A stretch of DNA of 59,400 bases, counting the filler, from Coriobacteriales bacterium (GTDB lineage: Bacteria; Actinomycetota; Coriobacteriia; Coriobacteriales; UBA8131), in NCBI GenBank assembly GCA_031263105.1. It is 6 parts of 6 records of this genome, joined end to end, with 100 filler letters (N's around TTAATTAATTAA, not from the genome) between each part and the next. Parts side by side here need not be neighbours in the genome. Positions count along the whole stretch, not along the records: positions 19,257 to 23,152 come from JAISGJ010000231.1; positions 23,253 to 30,490 come from JAISGJ010000232.1; 4 more parts are not named here. The stretch is one strand, 5' to 3'. The notes under the pieces are model-generated. The model saw only the letters and a list, made by a program, of their open reading frames with translations. It ran no database searches and had not been told where the DNA came from. Shown here piece by piece: positions 20,121 to 29,064 of the stretch (positions are counted from its first letter, which is position 1; each line of letters starts with the position of its first letter). The position numbers and the translations under genes are program-made.

Positions 20121-20386
20121 GGATGCCCCCGCCCGCCGCCCCGTGCCCGCTCTTCTCCCCATTCCATTCCCTTGCTGCCGTCCGCCGGGTGCGGGGGCCG
20201 TGCCTCGGCGGCGGGGCGGCGGCGGCGGGCGGCGGCAGCCTGCAATGCCGTACAATGGGATGCGCTCCGCCCCCGGCCCCACCCAGGGAAGTGCCGATTT
20301 ATTCATTGCGCACCATCTGGCGCACAAGCAATAATCGGCACTTTCCTCGCAGCGCCCATATCCCGACCCATCCCGAAAGGACCTCC

Positions 20387-23146
20387 ATGAACACCATCGC
20401 GATAATCGACGGCAACTCGCTCATGCACCGTGCGTTCCATGCGGTTCCGCCGTACATGAAGGCACCGGACGGGCGGCCTACGAACGCGTGCTTCGGGTTC
20501 CTGTCGATGCTGCTGAAGCTCGTGGACGACTTCAAGCCCGACGGCATCGTGTGCGCCTTCGACCACGGGGTTCCCGCCTTCCGCTTCGATGCGATAGAGA
20601 AGTACAAGGCGCAACGGCTTCCCACCGCCCCGGACCTCAAGGCGCAGTTCCCCATCATCAAGCAGATACTCACCTCGCTCGGCATCCCCGTCGTCGAGAG
20701 CGAGGGCTGGGAGGGCGACGACATCCTCGGCACGCTCTCGGCCACCGGCGAGCGCGAGGGCATGAAGGTGCTTCTCATCACCGGCGACAAGGACGCGCTG
20801 CAACTGGCGAGCGAGCACACCTCGATAGTCAACACGAAGACCGGCATGAGCGATGTGGTGGTCTACGGCCCCGAGGGCGTCGTGGAGCGCTGGGGCGTCA
20901 CGCCCGAGCGCGTGCCCGACTTCCTGGGGCTCATGGGGGACAGCTCGGACAACATCCCCGGCGTCCCCGGCGTCGGCCCCAAGACCGCCACGAGGCTGCT
21001 GCAGGTCTACGGCACGCTCGAGGAGGTGCTTGCGCACGTCGACGAGATCAAGGGCAAGCTGGGGGAGAACGTGCGCAACAACATGGCGCAGGCGCGCGCG
21101 AGCAAGGTGGTCGCGACCATCAGCTGCGACGTCCCGCTCGACTGCAACCTCGCCCAGGTGCGCTTCCCCGCCTACGACGCGCAGGAGGTCACCGCGACCT
21201 TCCACGAGTTCGCGCTCAACTCGCACCTCAAGAAGGTGCTGGCCCTTATCGGGAAGCAGGACTCGGCCCCGCGCGGGAGCAGGGTGCTTGCGGCGCTGGA
21301 GGACGAGTCGCTCGAGTTCAGGGTGCCGCTGAGGGGCGCCGATGCCCTGTGCGCCCTGGAGGAGGCCTTGGCGCAGGGGAAGCGGGAGAAGGGCGGGGCC
21401 CTGGATGTCGAGGCCGTCCCGGATGCCGGGGGCGCGGTGGTCGCCGCTGCCCCGGACGCCGCCGCCCCCGACGACCAGCTCGCCCTGTTCCTCGAGGCGC
21501 GCACGGGGGACTCGCTCTTCGACAACGACCGGCTGCTCTACGTCGCGAGCAGGGACCACACCATGCTCTTCGAGGGGGACGAGGTGGATCCCGTCTGCGC
21601 CCGTGTCATCAAACAGGGCAGGATCGTCGTCCTCGACAGCAAGACCCTGCTCCAGGAGCTCGTCCCTGCGGATGCCGCCCTTCCTGCGCTGATCGGCCCG
21701 GACGACGTCTCGCCGGCGCATGTCTTCGACCTCTCCTTGGCGGCGTACCTGCTCGACTCCACGCACGACACCCAGAGCGAGCTGCTCGTCGAGCACTACA
21801 TCTCCGACGGCATCCCCGAGCCGACCGAGGAGCTGCCGCGCGGCGCCATCCATGTGGCCGTCTTTCGCAAGCTCGGCGCCATCCTCCGGCAGCGCCTGAT
21901 AGAGGACGGCTCCCTCGAATGCTTCACGCGCATCGAGATGCCGCTCGTGCCGGTGCTCGTGTGGATGGAGCGCTGGGGCGTGAACGTGGACACCGACCTT
22001 CTCACCACGCTCGCCGCAAGCATCGGCGAGGACGTCGTGCGCCTTCGTGCGCAGGCGCTGGCCGAGGCGGGGGAGGACTTCAACCTCGACTCGCCCAAGC
22101 AGGTCGGCGCCATCCTCTTCGAGAAGCTGGGGCTCCCTCCTGTCAAGAAGACCCGCACGGGCTACTCGACGGACGCGGCCGTGCTCCAGGAGATCAAGGG
22201 CCTGCACCCGCTGCCCGGCATCATGCTCGAGTACCGGGAGCTGTCGAAGCTCAAATCGACCTACCTCGACGCGCTGCCGCACCTCATCGGCGGCGACCGC
22301 CACATCCACACCTCCTACAACCAGACGGTCGCCGCCACGGGGCGGCTCTCGTCGAGCGAGCCCAACCTCCAGAACATCCCCGTGCGCACCGAGCTCGGGC
22401 GCAGGATACGCGCGGCGTTCATCCCCGACCCCTCCTGCTTCGGGGGGGACGAGGCGGTCTTCCTCGCGGCGGACTACTCCCAGATAGAGCTGAGGCTCCT
22501 TGCGCACCTCTCGGGCGACGAGGGGCTTATCGAGGCCTTCGTCGAAGGGGAGGACTTCCATGCCTCGACGGCCGCCCGCCTGTTCGGCGTCCCTGCCGAC
22601 GAGGTGACCCCGCAGCTGCGCTCGCGTGCGAAGGCGGTCAACTTCGGCATCGTCTACGGGCAGCAGGCATACGGCCTCGCGCAGTCGCTCGGCGTCAGCT
22701 TCCAAGAGGCGCACGACATGATAACCCGCTACTTCGCGGCCTATCCGCAGGTGCGGCGCTACCTCGACGAGACCGTCGAGCAGGCGCGCGAGAAGGGATG
22801 GGTGCAGACGCTGTACGGGCGCAAGCGCCATATCAGGGAGATATACTCCGGCAACTCCAACATGCGCTCCTTCGGCGAGCGCACTGCGATGAACCACCCC
22901 ATGCAGGGCAGTGCCGCCGACATCATCAAGCTCGCGATGATCGAGGTCGCGCGCCGCCTTGAGGCCGAAGGGCTCAGGTCGCAGATGGTGCTGCAGGTCC
23001 ACGACGAGCTCGACTTCAACTGCGCCAAGGACGAGCTGGAGCAGATGTCCGTCCTCGTGAAGGAGGTCATGGAGGGCGTCGCGGACCTCAAGGCCCCCCT
23101 CGTCGTCGACGTGGGCCACGGCCCCGACTGGTCCAAGGCGCACTGA
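20387..23146 (+). CDS. polA: DNA polymerase I
   Basis: IDGNSLMHRAFHA, GDSSDNIPGVPGVGPKTA, TGRLSSSEPNLQNIP, DYSQIELR, QVHDEL; AAGGA RBS. Confidence 0.99.
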   Translation: MNTIAIIDGNSLMHRAFHAVPPYMKAPDGRPTNACFGFLSMLLKLVDDFKPDGIVCAFDHGVPAFRFDAIEKYKAQRLPTAPDLKAQFPIIKQILTSLGIPVVESEGWEGDDILGTLSATGEREGMKVLLITGDKDALQLASEHTSIVNTKTGMSDVVVYGPEGVVERWGVTPERVPDFLGLMGDSSDNIPGVPGVGPKTATRLLQVYGTLEEVLAHVDEIKGKLGENVRNNMAQARASKVVATISCDVPLDCNLAQVRFPAYDAQEVTATFHEFALNSHLKKVLALIGKQDSAPRGSRVLAALEDESLEFRVPLRGADALCALEEALAQGKREKGGALDVEAVPDAGGAVVAAAPDAAAPDDQLALFLEARTGDSLFDNDRLLYVASRDHTMLFEGDEVDPVCARVIKQGRIVVLDSKTLLQELVPADAALPALIGPDDVSPAHVFDLSLAAYLLDSTHDTQSELLVEHYISDGIPEPTEELPRGAIHVAVFRKLGAILRQRLIEDGSLECFTRIEMPLVPVLVWMERWGVNVDTDLLTTLAASIGEDVVRLRAQALAEAGEDFNLDSPKQVGAILFEKLGLPPVKKTRTGYSTDAAVLQEIKGLHPLPGIMLEYRELSKLKSTYLDALPHLIGGDRHIHTSYNQTVAATGRLSSSEPNLQNIPVRTELGRRIRAAFIPDPSCFGGDEAVFLAADYSQIELRLLAHLSGDEGLIEAFVEGEDFHASTAARLFGVPADEVTPQLRSRAKAVNFGIVYGQQAYGLAQSLGVSFQEAHDMITRYFAAYPQVRRYLDETVEQAREKGWVQTLYGRKRHIREIYSGNSNMRSFGERTAMNHPMQGSAADIIKLAMIEVARRLEAEGLRSQMVLQVHDELDFNCAKDELEQMSVLVKEVMEGVADLKAPLVVDVGHGPDWSKAH

Positions 23147-23252
23147 GCACGTNNNNNNNNNNNNNNNNNNNNNNNNNNNNNNNNNNNNNNNNNNNNTTAA
23201 TTAATTAANNNNNNNNNNNNNNNNNNNNNNNNNNNNNNNNNNNNNNNNNNNN

Positions 23253-23405
23253 CGCCTCTCCCTCGCCCACGAGGCCCGGGTCTCGGGCCGCACCCCCGAC
23301 GACGTGATAGCCTCCATCCTCGCCGGCATCGCCGTCCCCTACTACGACGAGGACGAGGCCCGAGGCCTCAAGCAGGCCGCAGGCGGCGACGTCTTCGTGC
23401 GCTAG
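23253..23405 (+). CDS. moxR: 3' end of a MoxR-family AAA+ ATPase (cut by contig edge)
   Basis: [29 protein letters not shown]...*; first 77 bp identical to 30414-30490. Confidence 0.85.
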   Translation, partial: RLSLAHEARVSGRTPDDVIASILAGIAVPYYDEDEARGLKQAAGGDVFVR

Positions 23406-23478
23406 CCCTGGGCCGGCGCTCCGGCCCGGGCGCTGCCCCCGCACCCCCATGCGCCGCAAGCGGTCGTCACGTTGCCGA

Positions 23479-23600
23479 CCCCCACTGTCATCCCGAGCGG
23501 AGGGGGCGAAGCCCCCGCAGCCGAGGGATCCTTGGGTCCGAACGCCCGGAAAACGCACCGCGTTTTCAGCGAGGGCGGGCCGACAGGCCCACGGAGTGCC
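23479..23600. repeat. REP-like mosaic palindrome related to the MITE arm
   Basis: CCCCACTGTCATCCCGAGCGGAGGGGGCGAAGCCCCCGCAGCCGAGGGATCC plus GAAAACGCACCGCGTTTTC hairpin; related sequence at 28276-28390, 31262-31302 (reverse) and 59124-59200. Confidence 0.85.
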
Positions 23601-23727
23601 CCGAAGTGCCGGGGTGGTTCCAAGGCGGCGGGCGTGCGCCTGCCGCCTTGGCGCAGCGGGCGCAAGCAAGCGGAGCGTCGCGCCGACAGGCGGCGCAGCC
23701 GCACCGCACGGAAGGAAGGAGCAGGGC

Positions 23728-24711
23728 ATGGAGAGGAGACGGCCCCCGGCCCCCGCCCGCGCAGCCCGCGCCCTGGCGGCCTGCCTCTTGGCCGCAGCCC
23801 TCGCCCTTGCGTGCGCCGTGGCGGCGCCTGCCGCCCCGGTGGCCGCCGGGCTCCCCGCCGTCGAATACGATGCCGGCACCGCCTCCGAGCTCGAAGGGCA
23901 TTTCGAGACGGGCCGCGACTGGTGGGAGGGCCTGAGCCCCCCGCCGCCCGCGCCCCGGTACGCCTACTCCATAGGGTGCGACTTCGGGCCCGAGTGGCTC
24001 TGGAACACCCAGGTCGCAGGCAGGACGGATTATGCAGGGGACTGCACCCCCGGCGTGCTCTATGCCGCAGCCGCCTACGGGACGGCGGGCTACGCGAGCT
24101 ACAGCAACACGAGCCCGACCGTGGGCTACCTTCGCGGCAAGAACCCCGGGGGGTCGACAGACAGGCTCGGGAGCGACGTGGTCTTCCTGTTCGGCCACGG
24201 CAGCTACAACAACGTCGTTTGCGGGGACTACGAGTACGACGGGCTGCTCGGCACGGAGCCGACGGGCTCGGACTACATGTGCGGCGTCCGGTGCGGCGGC
24301 GACGGGCAGTCTGCGGACACCCTGTTCAACTACGCCGGGCTGGCGGGCAGGGACCTCTCCGGCACGAGGCTCATCTCCTTCGTCGCCTGCAACACGGCGG
24401 GCTACCTGGAGGGCGACGACGAGGGGGACCACCACTTCGGCGACAACATCTGCGAGGCCGCGCGGGACTGCGACGCGCAGGCCGTCCTGGGCTTCACCGG
24501 CAAGATACACCCCTTCGGCGACGCCGGCCTGTACTGGCTCCAGAAGTACAACGACGCCTTGGTGTTCGGCTACACCGTTGAGAACGCCTGTTTGTATGCG
24601 AACGAATATGCAGATATCTATGCCGAAGAGCACAACGAAGTAGCACCTGTGGATCTGGTCATGTACGCCAAGGTTCTCGGGGACACGACGGTGACGATAG
24701 CCCCCGCCTGA
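23728..24711 (+). CDS. Secreted protein with putative caspase/gingipain-fold (clan CD) His-Cys dyad
   Basis: Signal peptide; VVFLFGHG ... LISFVACNT; AAGGAG RBS before ATG 23728. Confidence 0.65.
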   Translation: MERRRPPAPARAARALAACLLAAALALACAVAAPAAPVAAGLPAVEYDAGTASELEGHFETGRDWWEGLSPPPPAPRYAYSIGCDFGPEWLWNTQVAGRTDYAGDCTPGVLYAAAAYGTAGYASYSNTSPTVGYLRGKNPGGSTDRLGSDVVFLFGHGSYNNVVCGDYEYDGLLGTEPTGSDYMCGVRCGGDGQSADTLFNYAGLAGRDLSGTRLISFVACNTAGYLEGDDEGDHHFGDNICEAARDCDAQAVLGFTGKIHPFGDAGLYWLQKYNDALVFGYTVENACLYANEYADIYAEEHNEVAPVDLVMYAKVLGDTTVTIAPA

Positions 24712-24758
24712 TCGAAGGGACGCACACGGGACGGCCTCGCAGAAAGGAGCCGACAGGG

Positions 24759-25694
24759 ATGGAAGACAGAAAAAGGCGGAAGGCGAGGCGCACTGCGCTG
24801 ACTGCAGGGCTGGCCGTGCTGCTGCTGGCCGCTGCCGCAGCGGCGTTCCTCTTCTTTGCGCCCGCGCCGCCGAGAGGCACGGCACCGCTCGAAGCGCCGC
24901 CGGCAAGTGCAGCTCCGAGCGAAACGTCGCCGAGCGGGCCGGACGACGGGGTCTCGCCCGGTGCCGAAGACAAGAATCAGGACGATGCCGGGGATGTCGC
25001 CGTTTCGGACGCGGCCCTTTCGCCGCCGCCGGACCCGCCTGCCGCCGAAGGGGAGGTCCGGGCAGAGGCCGGGGAGGGCCTCGCCGACCCGGACGCGCCC
25101 CCGCCGTCGCTGCTGGACCTGCCGGGCGTCCACCCGGCCTCCGGAGAGTTCGCATTGGGGAGCGTCCCCGAAGGCAAGGAGCTCGACCTCTCCGGGAACG
25201 CGGACGGCTATGCGGCGATAATCACGGCCATCAGAAGCGCCGACCCGGACTTCGATCCCGAGGGATACAGGGTGGCGGAACACGTCTCCCATCAGGACGA
25301 GAACGGCGTCCCCGACCACGGCGACGTGAGGGTGACGCTGTACATCGGGGACATCAAGACGTCGTCGAGCTGTTACGTCAATGTCGACGGCAGCGATATC
25401 CAGTTCGTGAGCACCACAAGGCTCTACCACCCCACCGCCGCCGAGATGGAGCAGGCGAGGCAGCAGAGGGCCGACTTCGAGGCAAACCCCGCGAGCAGGG
25501 AGGCGATCGAGCGCACGAAGGCATCGATGTGGCCGGACGGGACGGGCACGACCCAGCTGGAGTACTCGGAAGACTACGGCTATGTCTTCAAGACCGGCAG
25601 GCTCTACCTGACCATAACCGACGACCGCCGCCAAGGCGGCGTCATCGTCGCCAAGCAGGAGAGGATAGACTGCCTGGAGGTGCTGGGAAGATGA
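24759..25694 (+). CDS. Membrane-anchored extracellular protein of unknown function
   Basis: Basic N-terminus, one hydrophobic helix, Pro/Ala/Asp linker, globular C-terminal domain. Confidence 0.75.
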   Translation: MEDRKRRKARRTALTAGLAVLLLAAAAAAFLFFAPAPPRGTAPLEAPPASAAPSETSPSGPDDGVSPGAEDKNQDDAGDVAVSDAALSPPPDPPAAEGEVRAEAGEGLADPDAPPPSLLDLPGVHPASGEFALGSVPEGKELDLSGNADGYAAIITAIRSADPDFDPEGYRVAEHVSHQDENGVPDHGDVRVTLYIGDIKTSSSCYVNVDGSDIQFVSTTRLYHPTAAEMEQARQQRADFEANPASREAIERTKASMWPDGTGTTQLEYSEDYGYVFKTGRLYLTITDDRRQGGVIVAKQERIDCLEVLGR

Positions 25695-25926
25695 GGGGCC
25701 CAAGGCCGTCCTCCTTCGTTGCTTTCCGGGCGGCCCCCGCCGGGAGGGCGCCCCTCAAGGGGCGGCTTCCTTCGCTGGCCGTGCGGCCGCAGATCGCGCT
25801 TTGATGTGTCGTGATTCTGCACTATACTAGCGGTGTGGCCTGACGCACGTTCAGGTGAGCAAGGTTTGAGAATCTGCGGACAGCGAATTGCACCGTTGGC
25901 AGGCCCTGCGGGAACGGAGTACAGAC

Positions 25927-26160
25927 ATGACCGAGATGGTGTTGAGCAAAAGCACGCTGCAGGAAACCCTGCTCCCCCTGATTCCGACGGAGCGCGTCAG
26001 GCTGCGCGAGGACGGCGGCGTCATCAGCCTCACCCCCGTGCGTGAGGGCAAGGGCAGCGGGCTTCTCGGCATTGGCGCAGGGAGCAAGCTGACGACCGAG
26101 AGGTTCTTCGGGTATCGGCGTGAGGACATGGAGATCGAGCACAGGGCTCACGGCAAATGA
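25927..26160 (+). CDS. Putative antitoxin (AbrB/VapB-like)
   Basis: 77 aa, VRLREDGGVISLTPV; ATGA overlap with PIN gene; GGAG RBS. Confidence 0.65.
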   Translation: MTEMVLSKSTLQETLLPLIPTERVRLREDGGVISLTPVREGKGSGLLGIGAGSKLTTERFFGYRREDMEIEHRAHGK

Positions 26161-26339
26161 AGAAGTACGTGCTGGATGCCTGCGCCCCGATAGCGCTGTT
26201 TCAAAAGGAACAGGGGCCTGACATAATCGAGGGCCTTCTTGTGGCGGCGGCGGGCGGCAGCTGCTCGGTGTCTATGAACGTCGTTAACCTGCTTGAGGTC
26301 TATTACGGCTATCTGCGGGCCGGAGACACCGCACAATGA
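26157..26339 (+). pseudogene. Truncated VapC/PIN toxin
   Basis: YVLDACA.IA....E.G...VNLLEVYY, stops at 60 aa; C-terminal half of the PIN domain missing. Confidence 0.8.
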
Positions 26340-26773
26340 ACGCCATCACTGCGACACAGGCTGCGGAGCTTCTCGTTGCTGCGGCCGTCGGCATTTGGGA
26401 GGGAGCCGACATACAGGTCTCAATCAACATCGCTGTCAGCGAGAGGCTGAAAAGTGCTACGAGCAAAGATGGGGGACTTGATCTGCAGCAGGTCTTTATC
26501 ACGGACAGCGACATGCGGCATATCAAAAACCGCCACGGTTCCGGAGAGGATGCGCTTGGCCAAATCGATATAACGCCAGAGGACTTCGCAATGATACCGA
26601 TTATCCTCAGCGAATATGACGAACTTATAAGAGGCGAGGACGATAAACTGGGAAACGCCCGGTTCATGCTGACAAAGAACCTGAGCGGAACAGTGTATCT
26701 GGCGACTGTCCAAAGGGGAAAGAAAAAGCTGGAGGTTCGCACGTTCTATAAAAGAAAGCCCGGTGCCTCATGA
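26336..26773 (+). CDS. PBECR3-like (Barnase/EndoU/Colicin/RelE-fold) ribonuclease
   Basis: ITDSDMRHIKNRHG..E...GQIDITPEDF..IP.I...YD...TFYKRK; lower GC. Confidence 0.72.
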   Translation: MNAITATQAAELLVAAAVGIWEGADIQVSINIAVSERLKSATSKDGGLDLQQVFITDSDMRHIKNRHGSGEDALGQIDITPEDFAMIPIILSEYDELIRGEDDKLGNARFMLTKNLSGTVYLATVQRGKKKLEVRTFYKRKPGAS

Positions 26774-26814
26774 CAAGTGTCCTTGGGCATACGTCCGAAA
26801 CGACCCGGGTTTCT
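26753..26814 (+). ncRNA. Candidate structured RNA (three-helix junction with CGT-CCGAA-ACG hairpin) over the PBECR stop codon
   Basis: Hand-folded pairings: AGAAA(G)CCCGG/CCGGGTTTCT, TGCC/GGCA, GAC/GTC, CGT/ACG; functional strand unknown. Confidence 0.45.
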
Positions 26815-26848
26815 ATGGGTGTTATTGTAACACGGTTTCAAGGAGGAC

Positions 26849-27130
26849 TTAAACGACTTTAGGCAGGCAGGCGGTAACCGTAACAGTAAAATAGGCGACG
26901 ACGCTCATTTTTCGGGCAAAGCCGTCCGATTCGTCGTCCGTATAGAAATAGGTCCTCGCAAGACCGCTGCGCTCAAAGGCCAAGGCGTTGTTTTGGATGA
27001 AACGCTCTATGTCATTGTCGCGGATACAATGAAACTCCTTGAACTTCCTCTCAAGCTCAGGGAGCCTCTCGGGTTCTGAGGGCATCTGTTCTCTGAGGGA
27101 ATTGAGGCGCAGCTCACCTCTCATTGGCAT
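26849..27130 (-). pseudogene. Truncated GNAT acetyltransferase toxin
   Basis: F.C.RDNDIERFI...A..FE....ARTY...VVAYFTV, ends before the acetyl-CoA motif. Confidence 0.7.
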
Positions 27131-27299
27131 ACTCTTTGCCGAGCGCCTCCGCCAGTTTTTTCGGGTTGCCCCACTTTATACTGTGACGTCTGTACGGCTC
27201 GGGGTTGGCTTCCTGCTCCTCAATTTGAGCAATCATCCGATCTGCCGCATCGTCGTCGACAACAATCAACTTCCCAATACTCGAAGTAGCCACAGCCAA
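27114..27299 (-). CDS. Small antitoxin-like protein with (M)ATSSI N-terminus, partner of the GNAT gene
   Basis: AGGAGG RBS; overlaps GNAT start; similar N-terminus to 29906-30079. Confidence 0.7.
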   Translation of the reverse strand: MAVATSSIGKLIVVDDDAADRMIAQIEEQEANPEPYRRHSIKWGNPKKLAEALGKEYANER

Positions 27300-27396
27300 C
27301 CTCCTTCCTGTGCCCGGGTTCCTTTGGGCATCATATCATAGAATGCTTGTCCTCCAGAACACAAACGAGGGGACGAACACAAAATGGGCTACAGTG

Positions 27397-27558
27397 GTTA
27401 CTGTTCACACCCCACTGTCATTCCGAGCTCCGCCGAGGAATCTTTGGACACGCAGTGTCCAACGGCAGGTCAGGGGGCCTCTCGACCTGCGGTCGACCGC
27501 TGGCGCAGCCGAGGATCCCTCGGCAGGCTCGGGATGACAGTGGGGTGTGAACAGTAAC
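27397..27558. mobile_element. 162-bp MITE with 8-bp TSD CTACAGTG
   Basis: 25-bp perfect terminal inverted repeat GTTACTGTTCACACCCCACTGTCAT; CTACAGTG at 27389-27396 and 27559-27566. Confidence 0.92.
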
Positions 27559-27721
27559 CTACAGTGTTGCTGCCTATGATGCCGACCATTGCCCGAGACA
27601 GGCATTGTGTCCTCGGATTTGACGTTTTCAAGATCCCCGTCGAAATCTGTTGGGGAATCCGGCTTGCGCCAAGTCCCCTTTGCGCAAAACCGCCCTGTCC
27701 TCATGTGATGGTTGGCTGCGA

Positions 27722-28119
27722 GCACGCCGTCCTGACCGACGAGATGAGCTGCGCCCAGCCCAGCAGGCGAGGCTGCCGCCCCGGCGAACGCAGGCGCGGC
27801 ACTCGTAGGGGGCGGCGTCCCCGACGCCCCGCCGCCTGGTGCAGCGGCAGGTGACGGTGGACGGCACCGCGCACCCGCTCGACGAGCCCTTCATGGTGCT
27901 GGCGACGCAGAGTCCCATCGAGCAGGTCGGCGCCTCGCCCGTGGCGGCATCGCGCTCCTTGCGCTGGCGCGCGCCTACGTGCTCACGCGCGGCCGGGGCT
28001 ACGTCCTGCCCGACGACGTGATAGCCTCCATCCTAGCCGGCATCGCCGTCCCCTACTACGACGAGGACGAGGCCCGGGGCCTCAAACACCCCGCAGACGG
28101 CGACGTCTTCGTGCGCTAG
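27722..28119 (+). pseudogene. moxR: Degenerate moxR copy (Walker B region to stop) with REP insertion, two deletions and a frameshift
   Basis: AVLTDEMSCAQP / [25 protein letters not shown] / VGASP / [22 protein letters not shown] / IASILAGIAVPYY...*. Confidence 0.88.
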
Positions 28120-28220
28120 AGGCGAGCCGGCGCTCCGACCCGGGTGGCGCCCCTGCACCCCCATGCGCCGCGAACAGCCGTTATGTTGTGCCAGCCACAG
28201 GGGACACGCGCACGACAATT

Positions 28221-28481
28221 CCCCTCGCCCACGAGGCAAAGGTGGCGGGCCGCACCCCCACCGTCATTCCGAGCCCTACTGTCATCCCGAGCGGAGGGGG
28301 CGAAGCCCCCGCAGCCGAGGGATCCTTGGGTCCGGGCACCCGGAGAACGCACCGCGTTTTCAGCGAGGACGGACCGACAGGCCCACGGGACGCAAAGCGG
28401 CCGACCGCTGGCCGAAGCGCCTTCCGACCGCGGTCGGCCGCTGGCGCAGCCGAGGATTCCTCGGCAGGCTCGGAATGACAG
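28221..28481. repeat. Short moxR scrap (LAHEAKVAGRTP) fused to a composite palindromic element
   Basis: CCCTCGCCCACGAGGC..GGGCCGCACCCCC runs into two tandem arms ..GTCATYCCGAG and closes with CTCGGAATGACAG. Confidence 0.75.
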
Positions 28482-28584
28482 CGGGGGCGAGGGAGAGGCG
28501 GTGGAGCTCAGGGTGACACAGTGGTGTCCGTGGAGGGTGTGACGGTTAGCAATCGAGCTATAGGTTCGAAAGCGAGCTGTGACG

Positions 28585-28755
28585 AGCGACAAAGAGCGAC
28601 AAAGGAGAGCGACAAAGGAGCGACAAAGCGAGCGAGCGACAAGAGCGACAAAGACAAGAGCGACAAAGAGAGCGACAAAGGGACAGCGACAAAGGGACGG
28701 TACTGTTTTGTCACACTGGACAGCGACAAAGGGACGGTACTGTTTTGTCACACTG
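28585..28755. repeat. Imperfect AGCGACAAAG minisatellite ending in a perfect 37-bp tandem duplication
   Basis: About 10 AGCGACAA(A)G units; 28682-28718 identical to 28719-28755. Confidence 0.9.
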
Positions 28756-28818
28756 AGAGGGGACGCGGACTTGGGCTAGCTTTGGCATTGTCGCCTCGTG
28801 CTGCTGGCGTACTCGTAG

Positions 28819-29064
28819 CTATCTCGACATGCCGCTGAATGTGCTGCGAAGGCTCGCCTGTCCTCGGCTGAAGCGCCCGTTCTGCAGGGACGGGAGTGAG
28901 TCCACGATGGTCAGGCCGTGCTTCTCTGCCATGCGCCTTGCCGCCGCATCGGTGTGCAGCGCTCTCTCGGCAGGGGTCATGTCCTTCTTCTCCTCGTATA
29001 TCTGCAGGCGAATCTTGTGTATCTCACGCATTGCCTCAGGCTCGTCCCTCAGCTCGTCAATCAT
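28819..29064 (-). CDS. Putative antitoxin downstream of PIN gene
   Basis: EPEAMREIHKIRLQIYEE.KDMT..E; overlaps the PIN stop. Confidence 0.65.
   Translation of the reverse strand: MIDELRDEPEAMREIHKIRLQIYEEKKDMTPAERALHTDAAARRMAEKHGLTIVDSLPSLQNGRFSRGQASLRSTFSGMSR

Noticed and set aside
28585..28755. Possible CRISPR array (37-bp repeat)
   Set aside because: The two copies are directly adjacent with no spacer, and there are no cas genes.
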